From Myxococcota bacterium (GTDB taxonomy: Bacteria; Myxococcota_A; UBA9160; UBA4427), in NCBI GenBank assembly GCA_965250285.1, contig OZ252299.1:2752001-2816000 (forward strand): 64,000 nt of DNA, in the 5' to 3' direction. The notes under the pieces were generated by a model. It saw nothing but the letters and a program-made list of their open reading frames with translations. It ran no database searches and was not told where the DNA came from. Shown piece after piece: positions 29,380 to 41,482 of this stretch (position 1 is the first letter of the stretch; every line of letters begins with the position of its first letter). The translations under genes were made by a program, and so were the position numbers.

Positions 29380-32300
29380 GCGCCCGGCTCCCGCATCTGA
29401 ACGGCGGCGCTGGCCGCGGCGCCGACGGGCTCAGCCGAGGCCGGATCGGCGGCTTCACGCCCGGCGCCTCGAAGGCGCTCGAGCATGATGTACGTGGACG
29501 GAACGATGAAGAACGTGAGCGCCGTCGAGAAGAGCATCCCGCCGATCACCGCGACGCCGAGGCCCTGGCGCGTCGCGCCGCCGGCGCCCGAGCCCATCGC
29601 GATGGGCAAGATGCCGACCATCGTCGCGAACGCGGTCATCAGGATCGGCCGGAATCGCGTGCGCGACGCCTCGAGCGTCGCCTCGACGAGCGGCAGCCCG
29701 CGTTCGCGCAGCTGGTTCGCGAACTCGACGATGAGGATCGAGTTCTTCGTCACCAGACCGACGAGCATCACGATGCCGATCTTGCTGAACAGATTGAGCG
29801 AGATGTCGAACGCTTCCAGCGCCACGAGCGCCCCGGTGAACGACAGGAAGACCGCGACGAGGATCGCGATCGGGTAGACGAAGCTCTCGAACTGAGCCGC
29901 GAGTACCAGGAACACGATCAGGATCGCGAGCAGATAAGCGAAGATGAGCGCCGAGCCCGACTCGAAGAACTTCTCGGCCTCGCCCGAGAACTGCACCCGG
30001 TAGCCGCCGGTCGGGGGCAGATGGCTCGACGCGATGTCGTACATCCGCGCGAGGCCGTAGCCCTGGTCGTAGCCCTTCGCGAGATCGGCCGTGATCTTGA
30101 CCGAACGGCGCCGATCGAAGTGCTGGATCGCCCGGGGCGACGTCGCCATGCGCGTGTCGACCACGGCGTTCAGCGGGATCAGCCCGCCTCGTCCACGCAC
30201 GAAGAGGTACTCGAGGCTGGTCGGATTGTCGCGGTGATGCGCCTCGAGCTGGGCCATGACGTTGTACGTCTCGCCGCCCTTCTTGAACTTCGAGACGTCG
30301 AGCCCGCCGAGCAGGATCTGCATGGTCGTGGCGATGTCGCGCACCGACATACCGAGATCGTTGGCGCGCTCGCGGTCGATCGCGACCTCGAGCTGGGGCT
30401 TGTTGAGGAACAGATCCACACGGATCGACTCGAAGATGCCGGTGGTCTCGGCCTCGCGCTCGACCTCGTCGGCGATGCGCGCGAGCTCGGCCAGGTCGTC
30501 GCCCTGCACCACCAGCTCGATGGGCGACGAGCTGAACCCGCGCATCGGGCTCGGTGAAATCGCGTACGCCTTGATGCCCGGGATCCCCTTGAGCGGATTC
30601 ATCAGCGATTGCTGAATGTCCTCCTGCGAGCGCGCGCGCTCGTCGGGCATCGAGAGCTGCGTTAACACGATGCCCTCGTTGACGATGCCCGGGGTGCCAA
30701 TGCCGAGCGCCACCACGCCGAGGACACCCGACGCCTCGTCGACCCGCTCCATGACCGCATTCTCGGCCTGCTGCTGGTAGCGGTCCATGTACTCGACCGT
30801 GCTGCCCTCGGGCGCCTGGGTCCAGACGAGCAGGAAGGCACGGTCACCGTCGGGCATCAGCTCTTCGTCGGCCTGGGTGTAGAGGAACCCCCCGAAACCG
30901 ACCCAGGCGAGGCCGAGCGCCACGGCCGTCAACGCAAGGCCCGGATGTCGCAGCACCGGCGCGAGCACGCGCGCATAGGCCGCGGTGGCCGCCTCGAGAG
31001 CCCGCCCGAAGGCACGCTTCACGCGCCCTTCGGCGGTGCGCTGGCGCAACACGCGCGCGCACAGCATCGGCGCGAGCGTGATCGCGACGAAGCCCGAGAT
31101 CAGGATCGCCGTCGCCACGGTCACGGCGAACTCTCTGAACAGCTGCCCGGTCATGTCCTGCATGAACGTGAGCGGCAGGAAGACCGCGACGGCCGAGATC
31201 GTGGCGGCGATGACCGCGAACGCGATCTCGTCCATGCCGCGGCGTGCCGCCTCCATGGGCGGCGTGCCCATCTCGACCCAGCGCGTGATGTTCTCGAGCA
31301 CCACGATCGCGTCGTCGACGACCAGTCCGATGGCGAGCGTCACGCCCATGAGCGTCAACGTGTTGATGGTGAAGCCGAAGAAGTAGAGCACCGCGAACGT
31401 ACCGATGATCGAAACCGGGATCGCGATGGCCGGCACGATCGTCGCCCGCGCGCTGCGCAGGAACACGTAGATCACGAACACGACGAGGATCGCCGCCTCG
31501 AGGATCGTGCTGCGCACGTCCTTGATCGACTCTTCGATGAAGCGCGAGCTGTCGATCGCGACTTCGAAGACGAGGCCCCCATCGAGCTCCTCGGCGATGC
31601 GCTCGGCTTCGGCCTTCACACCCCGCGCGACGGTCAGCACGTTCGCCTTGGACTGCTTGACGATGCCGAGGCCGATCGCCGGCTGGCCGTTGAAGCGCAC
31701 GATCTTGCGCTCACTCTCCGGCCCCGCCTCGATGCGCGCCACGTCGCCGAGACGCACCGGCTTGCCGTCGATGTTGGCGATGAGCAGGCTCTCGTACTCT
31801 TCGGGGGTCGAGAGCTCGCCCAGGCTCTTCACCGTGAACTCGGTGTCGGCGCTCTCGACGCGGCCCGACGGGATGTCGACGTTGCCCCGCTGCAGCGCAT
31901 CGACGACCTCGGCGATCGAGAGGTTCTGCGCCCCCAGGCGGTAGTTGTCGATCCACACGCGCATCGAGTAGCGGCGTTCGCCGCCCACCATCACGGCCGC
32001 GACGCCGGGCACCTTGGCGATGCGATCGACGATCCGCGTCTCGGCGATCTGCGTCAGACTGACCTGGTCGTAGCCCTCGCCGTAGAGCGCCAGCCACATC
32101 ACGGTGCCGGCATCGCTGTCGTTCTTCGCGACGACCGGCGGATCGATCTCACTCGGCAGCAGCTTGACGGCGCGCGACACCCGATCGCGCACGTCATTGG
32201 CAGCGGCCTCGATGTCGACCGCCAGATCGAACTCGACGTTGATGGTCGAGACCTGTTCGCGACTCGAAGACTGCAGGTGCTTGACGCCCGCGATGCCGTT

Positions 32301-32513
32301 CAGGCCCTCTTCGAGGGGCTGGGTCACCGACGTCTCGACGACCTCGGCCGCCGCGCCGGGATACACCGTGGTGACCGACACGATCGGGGCGTCGACGTCG
32401 GGCAGCTCGCGGTTCGGAAGCAGCGGCAGTGCGATCAGCCCGAAGAGCACGATGATGAGCGACATCACCGCGGTCAGCACCGGTCGCTCGATGCAGATCT
32501 GGGACAGCCTCAT
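29376..32513 (-). CDS. RND efflux permease, AcrB/AcrD/AcrF family
   Basis: 1045 aa, ERPV N-terminus, GLVVDDAIVVLENI, LAAQFES, GLVTKNSILIVEFA, RFRPILMT. Confidence 0.96.
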   Translation of the reverse strand: MRLSQICIERPVLTAVMSLIIVLFGLIALPLLPNRELPDVDAPIVSVTTVYPGAAAEVVETSVTQPLEEGLNGIAGVKHLQSSSREQVSTINVEFDLAVDIEAAANDVRDRVSRAVKLLPSEIDPPVVAKNDSDAGTVMWLALYGEGYDQVSLTQIAETRIVDRIAKVPGVAAVMVGGERRYSMRVWIDNYRLGAQNLSIAEVVDALQRGNVDIPSGRVESADTEFTVKSLGELSTPEEYESLLIANIDGKPVRLGDVARIEAGPESERKIVRFNGQPAIGLGIVKQSKANVLTVARGVKAEAERIAEELDGGLVFEVAIDSSRFIEESIKDVRSTILEAAILVVFVIYVFLRSARATIVPAIAIPVSIIGTFAVLYFFGFTINTLTLMGVTLAIGLVVDDAIVVLENITRWVEMGTPPMEAARRGMDEIAFAVIAATISAVAVFLPLTFMQDMTGQLFREFAVTVATAILISGFVAITLAPMLCARVLRQRTAEGRVKRAFGRALEAATAAYARVLAPVLRHPGLALTAVALGLAWVGFGGFLYTQADEELMPDGDRAFLLVWTQAPEGSTVEYMDRYQQQAENAVMERVDEASGVLGVVALGIGTPGIVNEGIVLTQLSMPDERARSQEDIQQSLMNPLKGIPGIKAYAISPSPMRGFSSSPIELVVQGDDLAELARIADEVEREAETTGIFESIRVDLFLNKPQLEVAIDRERANDLGMSVRDIATTMQILLGGLDVSKFKKGGETYNVMAQLEAHHRDNPTSLEYLFVRGRGGLIPLNAVVDTRMATSPRAIQHFDRRRSVKITADLAKGYDQGYGLARMYDIASSHLPPTGGYRVQFSGEAEKFFESGSALIFAYLLAILIVFLVLAAQFESFVYPIAILVAVFLSFTGALVALEAFDISLNLFSKIGIVMLVGLVTKNSILIVEFANQLRERGLPLVEATLEASRTRFRPILMTAFATMVGILPIAMGSGAGGATRQGLGVAVIGGMLFSTALTFFIVPSTYIMLERLRGAGREAADPASAEPVGAAASAAVQMREPGA

Positions 32514-32580
32514 CGCGCCATCCCCCGCGTCGCGCGGGACCGCGGAGCGAGACGCACGGCGCCGGCCCGTCGCGGGCGCA

Positions 32581-33783
32581 TCAACTGTCCGCCCTCTCGG
32601 ACCCCTCTTCGATGCCCTCGCGCATCGCTTCTTCGCGCTGGGCCATCGGCTCGGCCGCCTGCAGCTTCTGCCCGGCCATCACCTTGTGCACGCCGGCTGC
32701 GACCACCTGGTCGCCGCTGCGCAGCCCCGAGGTGATCTCGACGATGCCTTCCTTCCGCAACCCGATCGACACCGGCACCTTCTCGGCGAGACCCCCCTCG
32801 CCCATGCGCCACACGTAGGTGCCGTTGCGGTCGTACACCATCGCCGCCTCGGGCACGGTGATCGCTTCGGGCTTGATCGCGAGGACGACATCGACGTTGG
32901 CGAACATGCCGGGCTTGAGCCGGTGGTCTTCGTTGGGCAGCCGCGCTTTCAGTATCAGTCGCCGCGTGGCCGGATCGATGGTGGGCGAGATGTAGAAGAC
33001 CTCACCCTCGAAGCGCTCGCCCGGATACGCGACGACGCGCACGAAGATCGTCGCACCGACCTGGGCGATGCTCGCGCCCTGTTCGGTGGTCGTGAACAGC
33101 ACCTCGACCTCGTCGATCGCCGCGATGTCGGCGAGCCGCATTTCAGGCTCGACCCAGGCGCCCGGCCCGATGTCGGTATCGCCCATGACCCCATCGAAGG
33201 GGGCGCGGATGCGCGTGCGCGCCAGCTGCACCCGCGCGAGATCGACGCTCGCCCGCGCCTGGTCGAGACCCGCACGCGCCTCGGCGCGGCGCGCCACCGA
33301 CGAGATGTCCTCGCTGGTGAGCCGCTGGGTGCGATCGAAGATGTCCTGAGCGAGCGCCATGCGGGCCTGCGCCTCGCGCAGCCGCGCCTTCTGCTCGGCG
33401 TTTCGGAGCACGAAGAGGACGTCGTCCTTCTCGACGGGCTTGCCCTCTTCGAACTCGATCGATTCGACGACGCCCATGATCTCGGGCGAGATCGTCACCA
33501 GGTACTTCGCGTTCACCTGGCCGGTGAGGGCGACCTCCCAGCGCAGCTCGTTCGGCACCACCTCGTAGAGCTCGACGGTGACCGCCGGCGGCCCCGAAGC
33601 CGAGACGTCGGCGTCGGTCGCAGTCATCGAATCGCAGCCGAGCCCGAGCCCGATCGCGACCCAGGCCGTGGCCAGGGCGAGCAGACGAACGGACGGCGCG
33701 ACCACGGCGAGGCGGCGGGGAGCGTGAGTGGATCCCGGAAGCGACTCGGAGGACGCGCTCTCGGAGGAGGTTCCGAAGCGCAT
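32581..33783 (-). CDS. RND efflux periplasmic adaptor (MFP) subunit, probable lipoprotein
   Basis: LGLGC lipobox-like, IRAPFDGV, ISPTIDPATR, LKPGMFA, GLRSGDQVV. Confidence 0.92.
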   Translation of the reverse strand: MRFGTSSESASSESLPGSTHAPRRLAVVAPSVRLLALATAWVAIGLGLGCDSMTATDADVSASGPPAVTVELYEVVPNELRWEVALTGQVNAKYLVTISPEIMGVVESIEFEEGKPVEKDDVLFVLRNAEQKARLREAQARMALAQDIFDRTQRLTSEDISSVARRAEARAGLDQARASVDLARVQLARTRIRAPFDGVMGDTDIGPGAWVEPEMRLADIAAIDEVEVLFTTTEQGASIAQVGATIFVRVVAYPGERFEGEVFYISPTIDPATRRLILKARLPNEDHRLKPGMFANVDVVLAIKPEAITVPEAAMVYDRNGTYVWRMGEGGLAEKVPVSIGLRKEGIVEITSGLRSGDQVVAAGVHKVMAGQKLQAAEPMAQREEAMREGIEEGSERADS

Positions 33784-33975
33784 GGCCAGAGGTTACCGAA
33801 AGTGCCCGGTTTCCGGTAGCTTGCGCACCCGCCGCGCGGCCCGGGGCCGAGCGGCGGGCGCCCGGCCTCGGCCCGTTCGCAGCACAGACGGCACCCCTCT
33901 GGTCGTGGACGGCCGCCGGGCCGGAACGCCGCTGAGCGCCCGCGTCCCCCTCCCCGCTGACAGAGAGCACCCGCC

Positions 33976-34593
33976 TTGGAAATCGCCTGCCTCGACCTCG
34001 AGGGCGTCCTGATCCCCGAAGTCTGGATCAACGTCGCCGAACGCACCGGCATCGACGCCCTGCGCGCGACCACCCGCGACATCCCCGACTACGACGAGCT
34101 GATGACGATGCGGCTCGGCATTCTGCGCGAGCACAAACTCGGCATTCGCGACATCCAGGCGGTGATCGACACGATGGATCCCCTGCCCGGCGCCGCCGAG
34201 ATGCTCGAGTGGCTGCGCGAGCGGTTCCAGGTCGTGATTCTCTCGGACACCTTCTACGAGTTCGGCGAGCCCTTCATGCGCAAGCTCGGCTGGCCGACGC
34301 TGCTCTGTCACAAGCTCGACATCGACGCCGACGGCATGGTCGCGAACTACCTGCTGCGCCAGCCCGACCCGAAGCGGCAGTCGGTCAAGGCGCTTCACTC
34401 GCTCAAGTACCGCTGTATCGCGACCGGTGATTCGTACAACGACACGACGATGCTCAGCGAGGCCGACGCGGGCATTCTCTTCTGCCCGCCGCAGAACGTG
34501 ATCGACGAGTTCCCGCAGTTTCCCGTGGCCACGAGCTACGACGAGCTGCGCGTCGAATTCGCTCGTGCATCGGAGCGCGACCTCAGCGTCTGA
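33976..34593 (+). CDS. thrH: phosphoserine phosphatase / homoserine phosphotransferase (HAD family)
   Basis: [47 protein letters not shown] start. Confidence 0.93.
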   Translation: MEIACLDLEGVLIPEVWINVAERTGIDALRATTRDIPDYDELMTMRLGILREHKLGIRDIQAVIDTMDPLPGAAEMLEWLRERFQVVILSDTFYEFGEPFMRKLGWPTLLCHKLDIDADGMVANYLLRQPDPKRQSVKALHSLKYRCIATGDSYNDTTMLSEADAGILFCPPQNVIDEFPQFPVATSYDELRVEFARASERDLSV

Positions 34594-34609
34594 CCGCGCG
34601 TGCGGCGCG

Positions 34610-35323
34610 TCAGAACATCACCGTCCAGTCGGGCAGCCAACCGACCGCCCAGACCTCGAGCCGCTTGTCGATGCCCGTGAGCACGAGCAGGCCGAGCAGC
34701 GCGAGGGTCGCGCCGAGCAGCGGCTTCGCTCGGTGGGCGCCCTGCATGAGGCCCGGTCGCGCGCGCTGCAGCACCCGTCGCGAGAGCGTCGCAGCGAGCA
34801 ACAGGACAGCGGCGGTTCCGAGGCCGTACGCGAGCATGGTCACGAACGCGAGACCGAGCTCCTGGCCGACCGACGCGAGCGCGATCGCCGCACCCAGCGT
34901 CGGGCCGACGCACGGCAGCCAGACGAAACCCAGCCCGAAGCCGACCGCGAACGGGCCCGCCCCCTGAAGCCGACGGTCGGGCGCGAACGGCAGCGCCGCG
35001 ATCCACTGTGAGCCGCGCGCGGCCACCGCATCGGTGAGTCGAGGCACGAGCAGCACACCACCCACGAGCACCAGCAGGCCGGCCATCGCAAAGCGCAGCA
35101 GCTCGGGATCGAGGCCCGTGCTCACCAGGGCCCAGCTCACGAGCGTACCGGCCACGGCGAACGACGTGGCGAGTCCAGCGGCGAGCCCGAGCGGCCCGGC
35201 GCGGCCGGTGTCCTCGGTGGCGCTCGACATGACGACGGGCACCAGCGGCCACACGCAGGGCGACAACACGCCGAGCGCACCCGCCCCCGCTGCCAGCGGG
35301 ATCGACAACAGGTCGAGGCTCAT
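34610..35323 (-). CDS. cytochrome c biogenesis CcdA / DsbD transmembrane family protein
   Basis: LSPCVWP and WLPCVGPTLG redox-Cys motifs, multiple TMs. Confidence 0.9.
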   Translation of the reverse strand: MSLDLLSIPLAAGAGALGVLSPCVWPLVPVVMSSATEDTGRAGPLGLAAGLATSFAVAGTLVSWALVSTGLDPELLRFAMAGLLVLVGGVLLVPRLTDAVAARGSQWIAALPFAPDRRLQGAGPFAVGFGLGFVWLPCVGPTLGAAIALASVGQELGLAFVTMLAYGLGTAAVLLLAATLSRRVLQRARPGLMQGAHRAKPLLGATLALLGLLVLTGIDKRLEVWAVGWLPDWTVMF

Positions 35324-35402
35324 CGCGGTGCCCCCGAACCGACCGAGAGCGCCTCGAAGCGCGTGAATGCGCCGACGAATGCGTTCGAGCCGACGTCGAC
35401 GT

Positions 35403-35813
35403 TCACGCCCGGGCGGCCTCGTCGATGGCGGCGAAGAGCACCTTCTCGCGGGTCTCCCCAACCGAGAACCAGACGCGGTCGTCGCCCTTGAAGAGCAGCA
35501 GGGTCGACTGGCGCGGCGCGCCGAAGAAGCGCACCCACTTCTTCTGGTCGTCGTAGTCGATGCTCAACACGTGCAGATCGACGTCGGGATGCGCCTTGCG
35601 GTAGCGCGAGATCAGCGCGGCCTGCTTGGCGCAGGTCGGGCACCAGGGTGCCGCGACGTCGACGAGCACCAGCGCGTCTTCGGCCTGGAGGGCCTCGAAG
35701 CGCGCCTCGGTGAAGGGCTCCCCGGCGTAGTCGCCGGCGAGCCCGGTCGAGGCGGTGAGCGCGAGGGCCCACAGCAGAATGGGTAGGAAGACGAAGGTTC
35801 GATTGCGATGCAT
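35403..35813 (-). CDS. exported thioredoxin family protein
   Basis: signal peptide, WCPTC active site, adjacent to ccdA. Confidence 0.88.
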   Translation of the reverse strand: MHRNRTFVFLPILLWALALTASTGLAGDYAGEPFTEARFEALQAEDALVLVDVAAPWCPTCAKQAALISRYRKAHPDVDLHVLSIDYDDQKKWVRFFGAPRQSTLLLFKGDDRVWFSVGETREKVLFAAIDEAARA

Positions 35814-35912
35814 GGCGGCACACTCCCGTAGATGATCCCCTCCACCTACGGGGCAACGCACGCCCGGTTACGCCCAATCGTCCGATCCGGCCGGGCGCCC
35901 CGCCCGGCCGGT

Positions 35913-36335
35913 TCACATCACCGACTGCACCGACTGATAGACGAGCACGGAGCTCGCCGTGAGCAGACAGACGAGCGTCGCGAGCGTGCCGGCAATGCGC
36001 CCGGGGCTCCGCCCGGTCGACTGCCAGAGCCCGATGCCGTGGGCCACGCGACCCATGACCAGCGTGATGCCCAGACCGTTGACGAGCGCCGGCGGCGCCC
36101 CGTTCATCTCGATCAGAGCCATCAGCAAGAGCAAGAGCGGCACGTACTCCATGTTGTTGCCGTGCGCGCGCACCACCTTGACGACCGCTTCCTCGGCCTG
36201 GTCGCCCTCGCCCGTACCGATCAGCACCCCCGTCTGGGCGCGCGTGACGCCGACGCGGAGCGTCAGCACGAGCGCCCAGAGCCCGCTCAGGCCGGCGTAG
36301 AGGAGCGTCAGGGTCGGTGCGTGAATCGCTTCCAT
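35913..36335 (-). CDS. MAPEG family membrane protein
   Basis: RAHGNNMEYVP, GRVAHGIG, four hydrophobic segments; GGAGAG RBS. Confidence 0.88.
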   Translation of the reverse strand: MEAIHAPTLTLLYAGLSGLWALVLTLRVGVTRAQTGVLIGTGEGDQAEEAVVKVVRAHGNNMEYVPLLLLLMALIEMNGAPPALVNGLGITLVMGRVAHGIGLWQSTGRSPGRIAGTLATLVCLLTASSVLVYQSVQSVM

Positions 36336-36402
36336 GTCGATCTCTCCAATCGGGCCGGAAGTCGACGGGAGAGGCCGGGCCCGGCCGCCTCGCCCCGCGT
36401 TC

Positions 36403-37443
36403 TCATGCGTCTGCCTCGGTGAGTCTCCGCATGAGCCGTTGCTTGAACGCTGAATCGACGCGGCCGCAGTAGCGAATGCGCGACGCATGTCGATCGCGCG
36501 CGGGACGGGCTTCGAGACGGGGCGCCCCTTCGCCATCGACGATGCGCACATCGGCCGCCCGACAGTCGAAGGCGTGCGGCTCGACGACCAACCCGACCGC
36601 GAGCGCATCGAAGGGCGAGAACCCGGCCTGCCAGAGCCCGAGCTGCCAGGCGGCGAGCCAGCGACGGGATCGATCACCGAGCCATCTCGAAGCCGCGGAG
36701 CCGTGGCGTAGATGCGCGAGGTCACCGCCGCCGAGCGTGACCTGCCGCCCGAGCTCGAAAGGCGCGAGCACCAGCGGCACGCCCGCCTCGATCACCCGGG
36801 CGAACGCGTCCGGATCGCGCTCGAAGTTGAGGTCGGCGAAGGCGAAGGGCAGCCACCGATTGGGTCGCAGCCGACGCCCCTCGCGCCGGCCCGCTACGGC
36901 CACGACCCGTTCGATGCGCGATGCGAGGTCGGGGCGATGTCGGAGCAACGAAGCGACGGTCGTGAGCGGTCCCAGTGCGACGATCGTCAGGCGCTCGCGT
37001 TCGAGGGCTCGCGCGAGCGAGCGCTCGGCGTCACTGGGCGCCGTGCAGCCGGCGCCACTGGCCCCGAGCGGCGCCGCCGCACCGAGGGCCACCGGCCGAG
37101 CTCCCCCGACGAGCTCGAGCACGCGGCGGGCCGCCTTCGCCGCCTCGACGCGATCGACGTTGCCATAGGTCGCGCTGATGCCGCGCACTTCGAGCTCGGG
37201 CGACCGCAACGCCTGGACCAACGCAATGCAGTCGTCCACGTCGTGGAGGCCACGCGCGGTGCAGCCCGCATCGACCTCGATCCAGACCGCGGTGCGGGGC
37301 GCCGCCGCCGGCCGACGCGCCGCCGGCTTCGCCTCGGGTGCGAAGGCCGCGATCGGCCAAGCTGCGAGCAGACCCGCGAAGCCCACCCCCAGCGCCAGCG
37401 ACGCCCTCATCCAGCTCGCCCGTCGTCGATTTCGTCCTTGCAT
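36403..37443 (-). CDS. nucleoside hydrolase (IU-NH) family protein with N-terminal signal-like peptide
   Basis: DVDD..AL, ISATYGN, ALGPLT, DLNFERDPDA, PFDALAV; start 37443 or 37410. Confidence 0.8.
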   Translation of the reverse strand: MQGRNRRRASWMRASLALGVGFAGLLAAWPIAAFAPEAKPAARRPAAAPRTAVWIEVDAGCTARGLHDVDDCIALVQALRSPELEVRGISATYGNVDRVEAAKAARRVLELVGGARPVALGAAAPLGASGAGCTAPSDAERSLARALERERLTIVALGPLTTVASLLRHRPDLASRIERVVAVAGRREGRRLRPNRWLPFAFADLNFERDPDAFARVIEAGVPLVLAPFELGRQVTLGGGDLAHLRHGSAASRWLGDRSRRWLAAWQLGLWQAGFSPFDALAVGLVVEPHAFDCRAADVRIVDGEGAPRLEARPARDRHASRIRYCGRVDSAFKQRLMRRLTEADA

Positions 37444-37472
37444 GGCCCGCAAGGTATGCGGATGATCAATGC

Positions 37473-37486
37473 ATCGAAATTCGATA
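37473..37486. promoter_or_regulatory. LysR-type T-N11-A box
   Basis: ATCGAA-A-TTCGAT dyad containing T37474-N11-A37486 in the AT-rich divergent spacer. Confidence 0.6.
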
Positions 37487-37509
37487 ATTTGCAATATCGT
37501 GGTGCATCA

Positions 37510-38463
37510 GTGCACCAATTACTCGCCTCACTCGATTCGGAGCCTCTCATCGATCCCGACGACCACTGGGACGACCTGCGCTTCTTCGTCGCCCTCGCGC
37601 GGGCGGGCACGGTGCGCGGCGCTGCCACCCGTCTCGCCGTGAATCACTCGACCGTCTCGCGCCGGATCGCGCGGCTCGAAGAGCGCCTGGGCATCGCGCT
37701 CGTCGAGCGGCTGCCCAGTGGCGTCGCGCTCACGCCCGATGGCGAAGAGGTGCTCCGGGTCGGCGCCGACGTGAGCGACACCCTCGACGCGCTCAACCTG
37801 CGTCTTGGCGGGCGCGATCACGCACTCGAAGGGGAGCTCTGCGTGACGCTGCCGCCTCTGATCTCGTCGAGCGTGCTGATGGACGAGCTCGCGCGCTTCT
37901 CCGAGCGGCACCCGGGCATCCGCCTCGAGCTGATGCTCAGCTACGAAGTGCTGAGTCTGGCGCGCCGCGAGGCCGACGTGGCGCTTCGGATCGCGCAGAC
38001 ACCGCCGCCCGACGGCCTCGTCGGCCGAAAGCTGATCACCTACGCACGAGCCGACTACGCGACGCCCGCGTATCTCGCCGCGCACGACCCCGCCGTGGCC
38101 CCCGAAGACTGCCGCTGGATCGGCTGGAACGAGAAGGCCCTGCACCCCGATTGGGTGCGCGCATCGGATCACCCCGACGTGGCGGTCTGGCATCGCATGG
38201 ACGATGCCGCCTCACAGGTCGCAGCCGCGAAGGCCGGGCTCGGCATCGCTTCACTGCCCTGCTTCCTCTGCGACCCCGAGCCAGCGCTCGTGCGCGTGCC
38301 GCCCGGACGCGTGGTGCCCGCGTACGACCTGTGGTTGCTGACGCATGCCGACATCCGCCAGAAGGCGCGGGTGCGCGCGTTCATCGACTTCATGGGGGAG
38401 GCGTTCGAGCGACACCGGGATCTGTTCGAGGGGCGTCGGCCCGATGCCCCACCGGTGCCGTGA
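37510..38463 (+). CDS. LysR family transcriptional regulator
   Basis: WDDLRFFVALARAGTVRGAA..VNHSTVSRRIARLE, READVALR, GLGIASLPCF; start provisional. Confidence 0.92.
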   Translation: MHQLLASLDSEPLIDPDDHWDDLRFFVALARAGTVRGAATRLAVNHSTVSRRIARLEERLGIALVERLPSGVALTPDGEEVLRVGADVSDTLDALNLRLGGRDHALEGELCVTLPPLISSSVLMDELARFSERHPGIRLELMLSYEVLSLARREADVALRIAQTPPPDGLVGRKLITYARADYATPAYLAAHDPAVAPEDCRWIGWNEKALHPDWVRASDHPDVAVWHRMDDAASQVAAAKAGLGIASLPCFLCDPEPALVRVPPGRVVPAYDLWLLTHADIRQKARVRAFIDFMGEAFERHRDLFEGRRPDAPPVP

Positions 38464-38476
38464 CCCGGGGCGTGCC

Positions 38477-39346
38477 TCAGGCCCAGGAGGCCCGCATCTC
38501 TCGCGTGCCCTCGGCCTTGAACATCGCGTGGCCCGGCGGCTGATACGTGAAGATCATCGCCCGACGCTTGCGGTCGCTCAGGTTGGGCTGCGAGCCGTGC
38601 ACGGTATGCGAGTCGAAGAAGACGAGCGTGCCAGCGGGCACCTCGAAGGCGCGCTGCGCGCTCTCGTCGAAGGTCGCGGGGTCGGTGAAGAGCGCACCGA
38701 GTTCGGTGTCGTCCTTCAGGCCCGGCAGAAAACCCTGCCTGTGGCTGCCGGGCACCAGCCGAAAGCAGCCATTCTCGGCGTTCGCGTCGTCGAGCACGAC
38801 CATGACGTTCGGCAGCCGATCGCAGTGCGCGCAGGCATGGCCCCAGTAGGGCGAATCCTGATGCCAGCGAAAGCGTGAGCCCTCGCGCGGGCGTTTGAGA
38901 TTCAGCTTGTCGGTCCAGACGGCGCAGCCATCCTCGCCGATCAGGCCACAGACCGGGTCGACGATGCGCGCGTCTTCGATCAGCGCGTCGAAGACCGGGT
39001 CGCGAAAGTGAAAGGGCTCGATCACGCGGATCGTCGTGCTGCCGGGACGATGCTCGTACTGCACGGTCGACGCGCCGGCCTCGACGTAGCGATTGCCGTC
39101 GATCGAGTAGTCATCGAGCGGCGCCCGGGCATCGGCCTCGGCCTTCTCGACGACGCGCTCGGCCGCGGCCCGCAGCGTCTCGAGCTCAGCCTCGGGAATC
39201 ACGGCCTCGCGCACGCAGTACCCCTGCTCGCGGTACTGGCTCAGCTCGGCGTCGGTGATGGCGTGGGCGCGCGCTTCGCTCAAGGCGGTCGACCTCGTCG
39301 GTGGCGATGGGCGGTGGAGTTTCGGGTCAAGCCCTGCGCGGGTCAA
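38477..39346 (-). CDS. phytanoyl-CoA dioxygenase (PhyH) family Fe(II)/2OG oxygenase
   Basis: WHQD, LDDANAENGC..VPGSH, HGSQPN...RR; start uncertain. Confidence 0.9.
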   Translation of the reverse strand: MTRAGLDPKLHRPSPPTRSTALSEARAHAITDAELSQYREQGYCVREAVIPEAELETLRAAAERVVEKAEADARAPLDDYSIDGNRYVEAGASTVQYEHRPGSTTIRVIEPFHFRDPVFDALIEDARIVDPVCGLIGEDGCAVWTDKLNLKRPREGSRFRWHQDSPYWGHACAHCDRLPNVMVVLDDANAENGCFRLVPGSHRQGFLPGLKDDTELGALFTDPATFDESAQRAFEVPAGTLVFFDSHTVHGSQPNLSDRKRRAMIFTYQPPGHAMFKAEGTREMRASWA

Positions 39347-39385
39347 CCGGGCGAAACCCGGCCGCCCGGAGGCGCCCCGGCCCCC

Positions 39386-41194
<1,809 letters not shown>

Positions 41195-41482
41195 GGGCTC
41201 GATGGCTCTCTATGCGGGCGGCGCGTGGGCGTTCGGACGGGCGGCCGGTGCGAAGCGACCGGGGCAAGATGCACGGATCGTGCGCGGATCCGTCCGCTGG
41301 GGCGCGTCGTGTTCACGCGATGAGGGGGCTGTGGGATGACGCCGGGCGGCCCGGCGCGGCGCAGCTTAGCTCGACTCGGTCGCAATGGCGAAACCTCGAA
41401 CTGCAGCGCACCGCGAGCGACTCGCGCGCGCCAACCAGCCGACCGAAGCGGCGCGCACGCGGTCGTGCAGCGGCGCGGTCCG

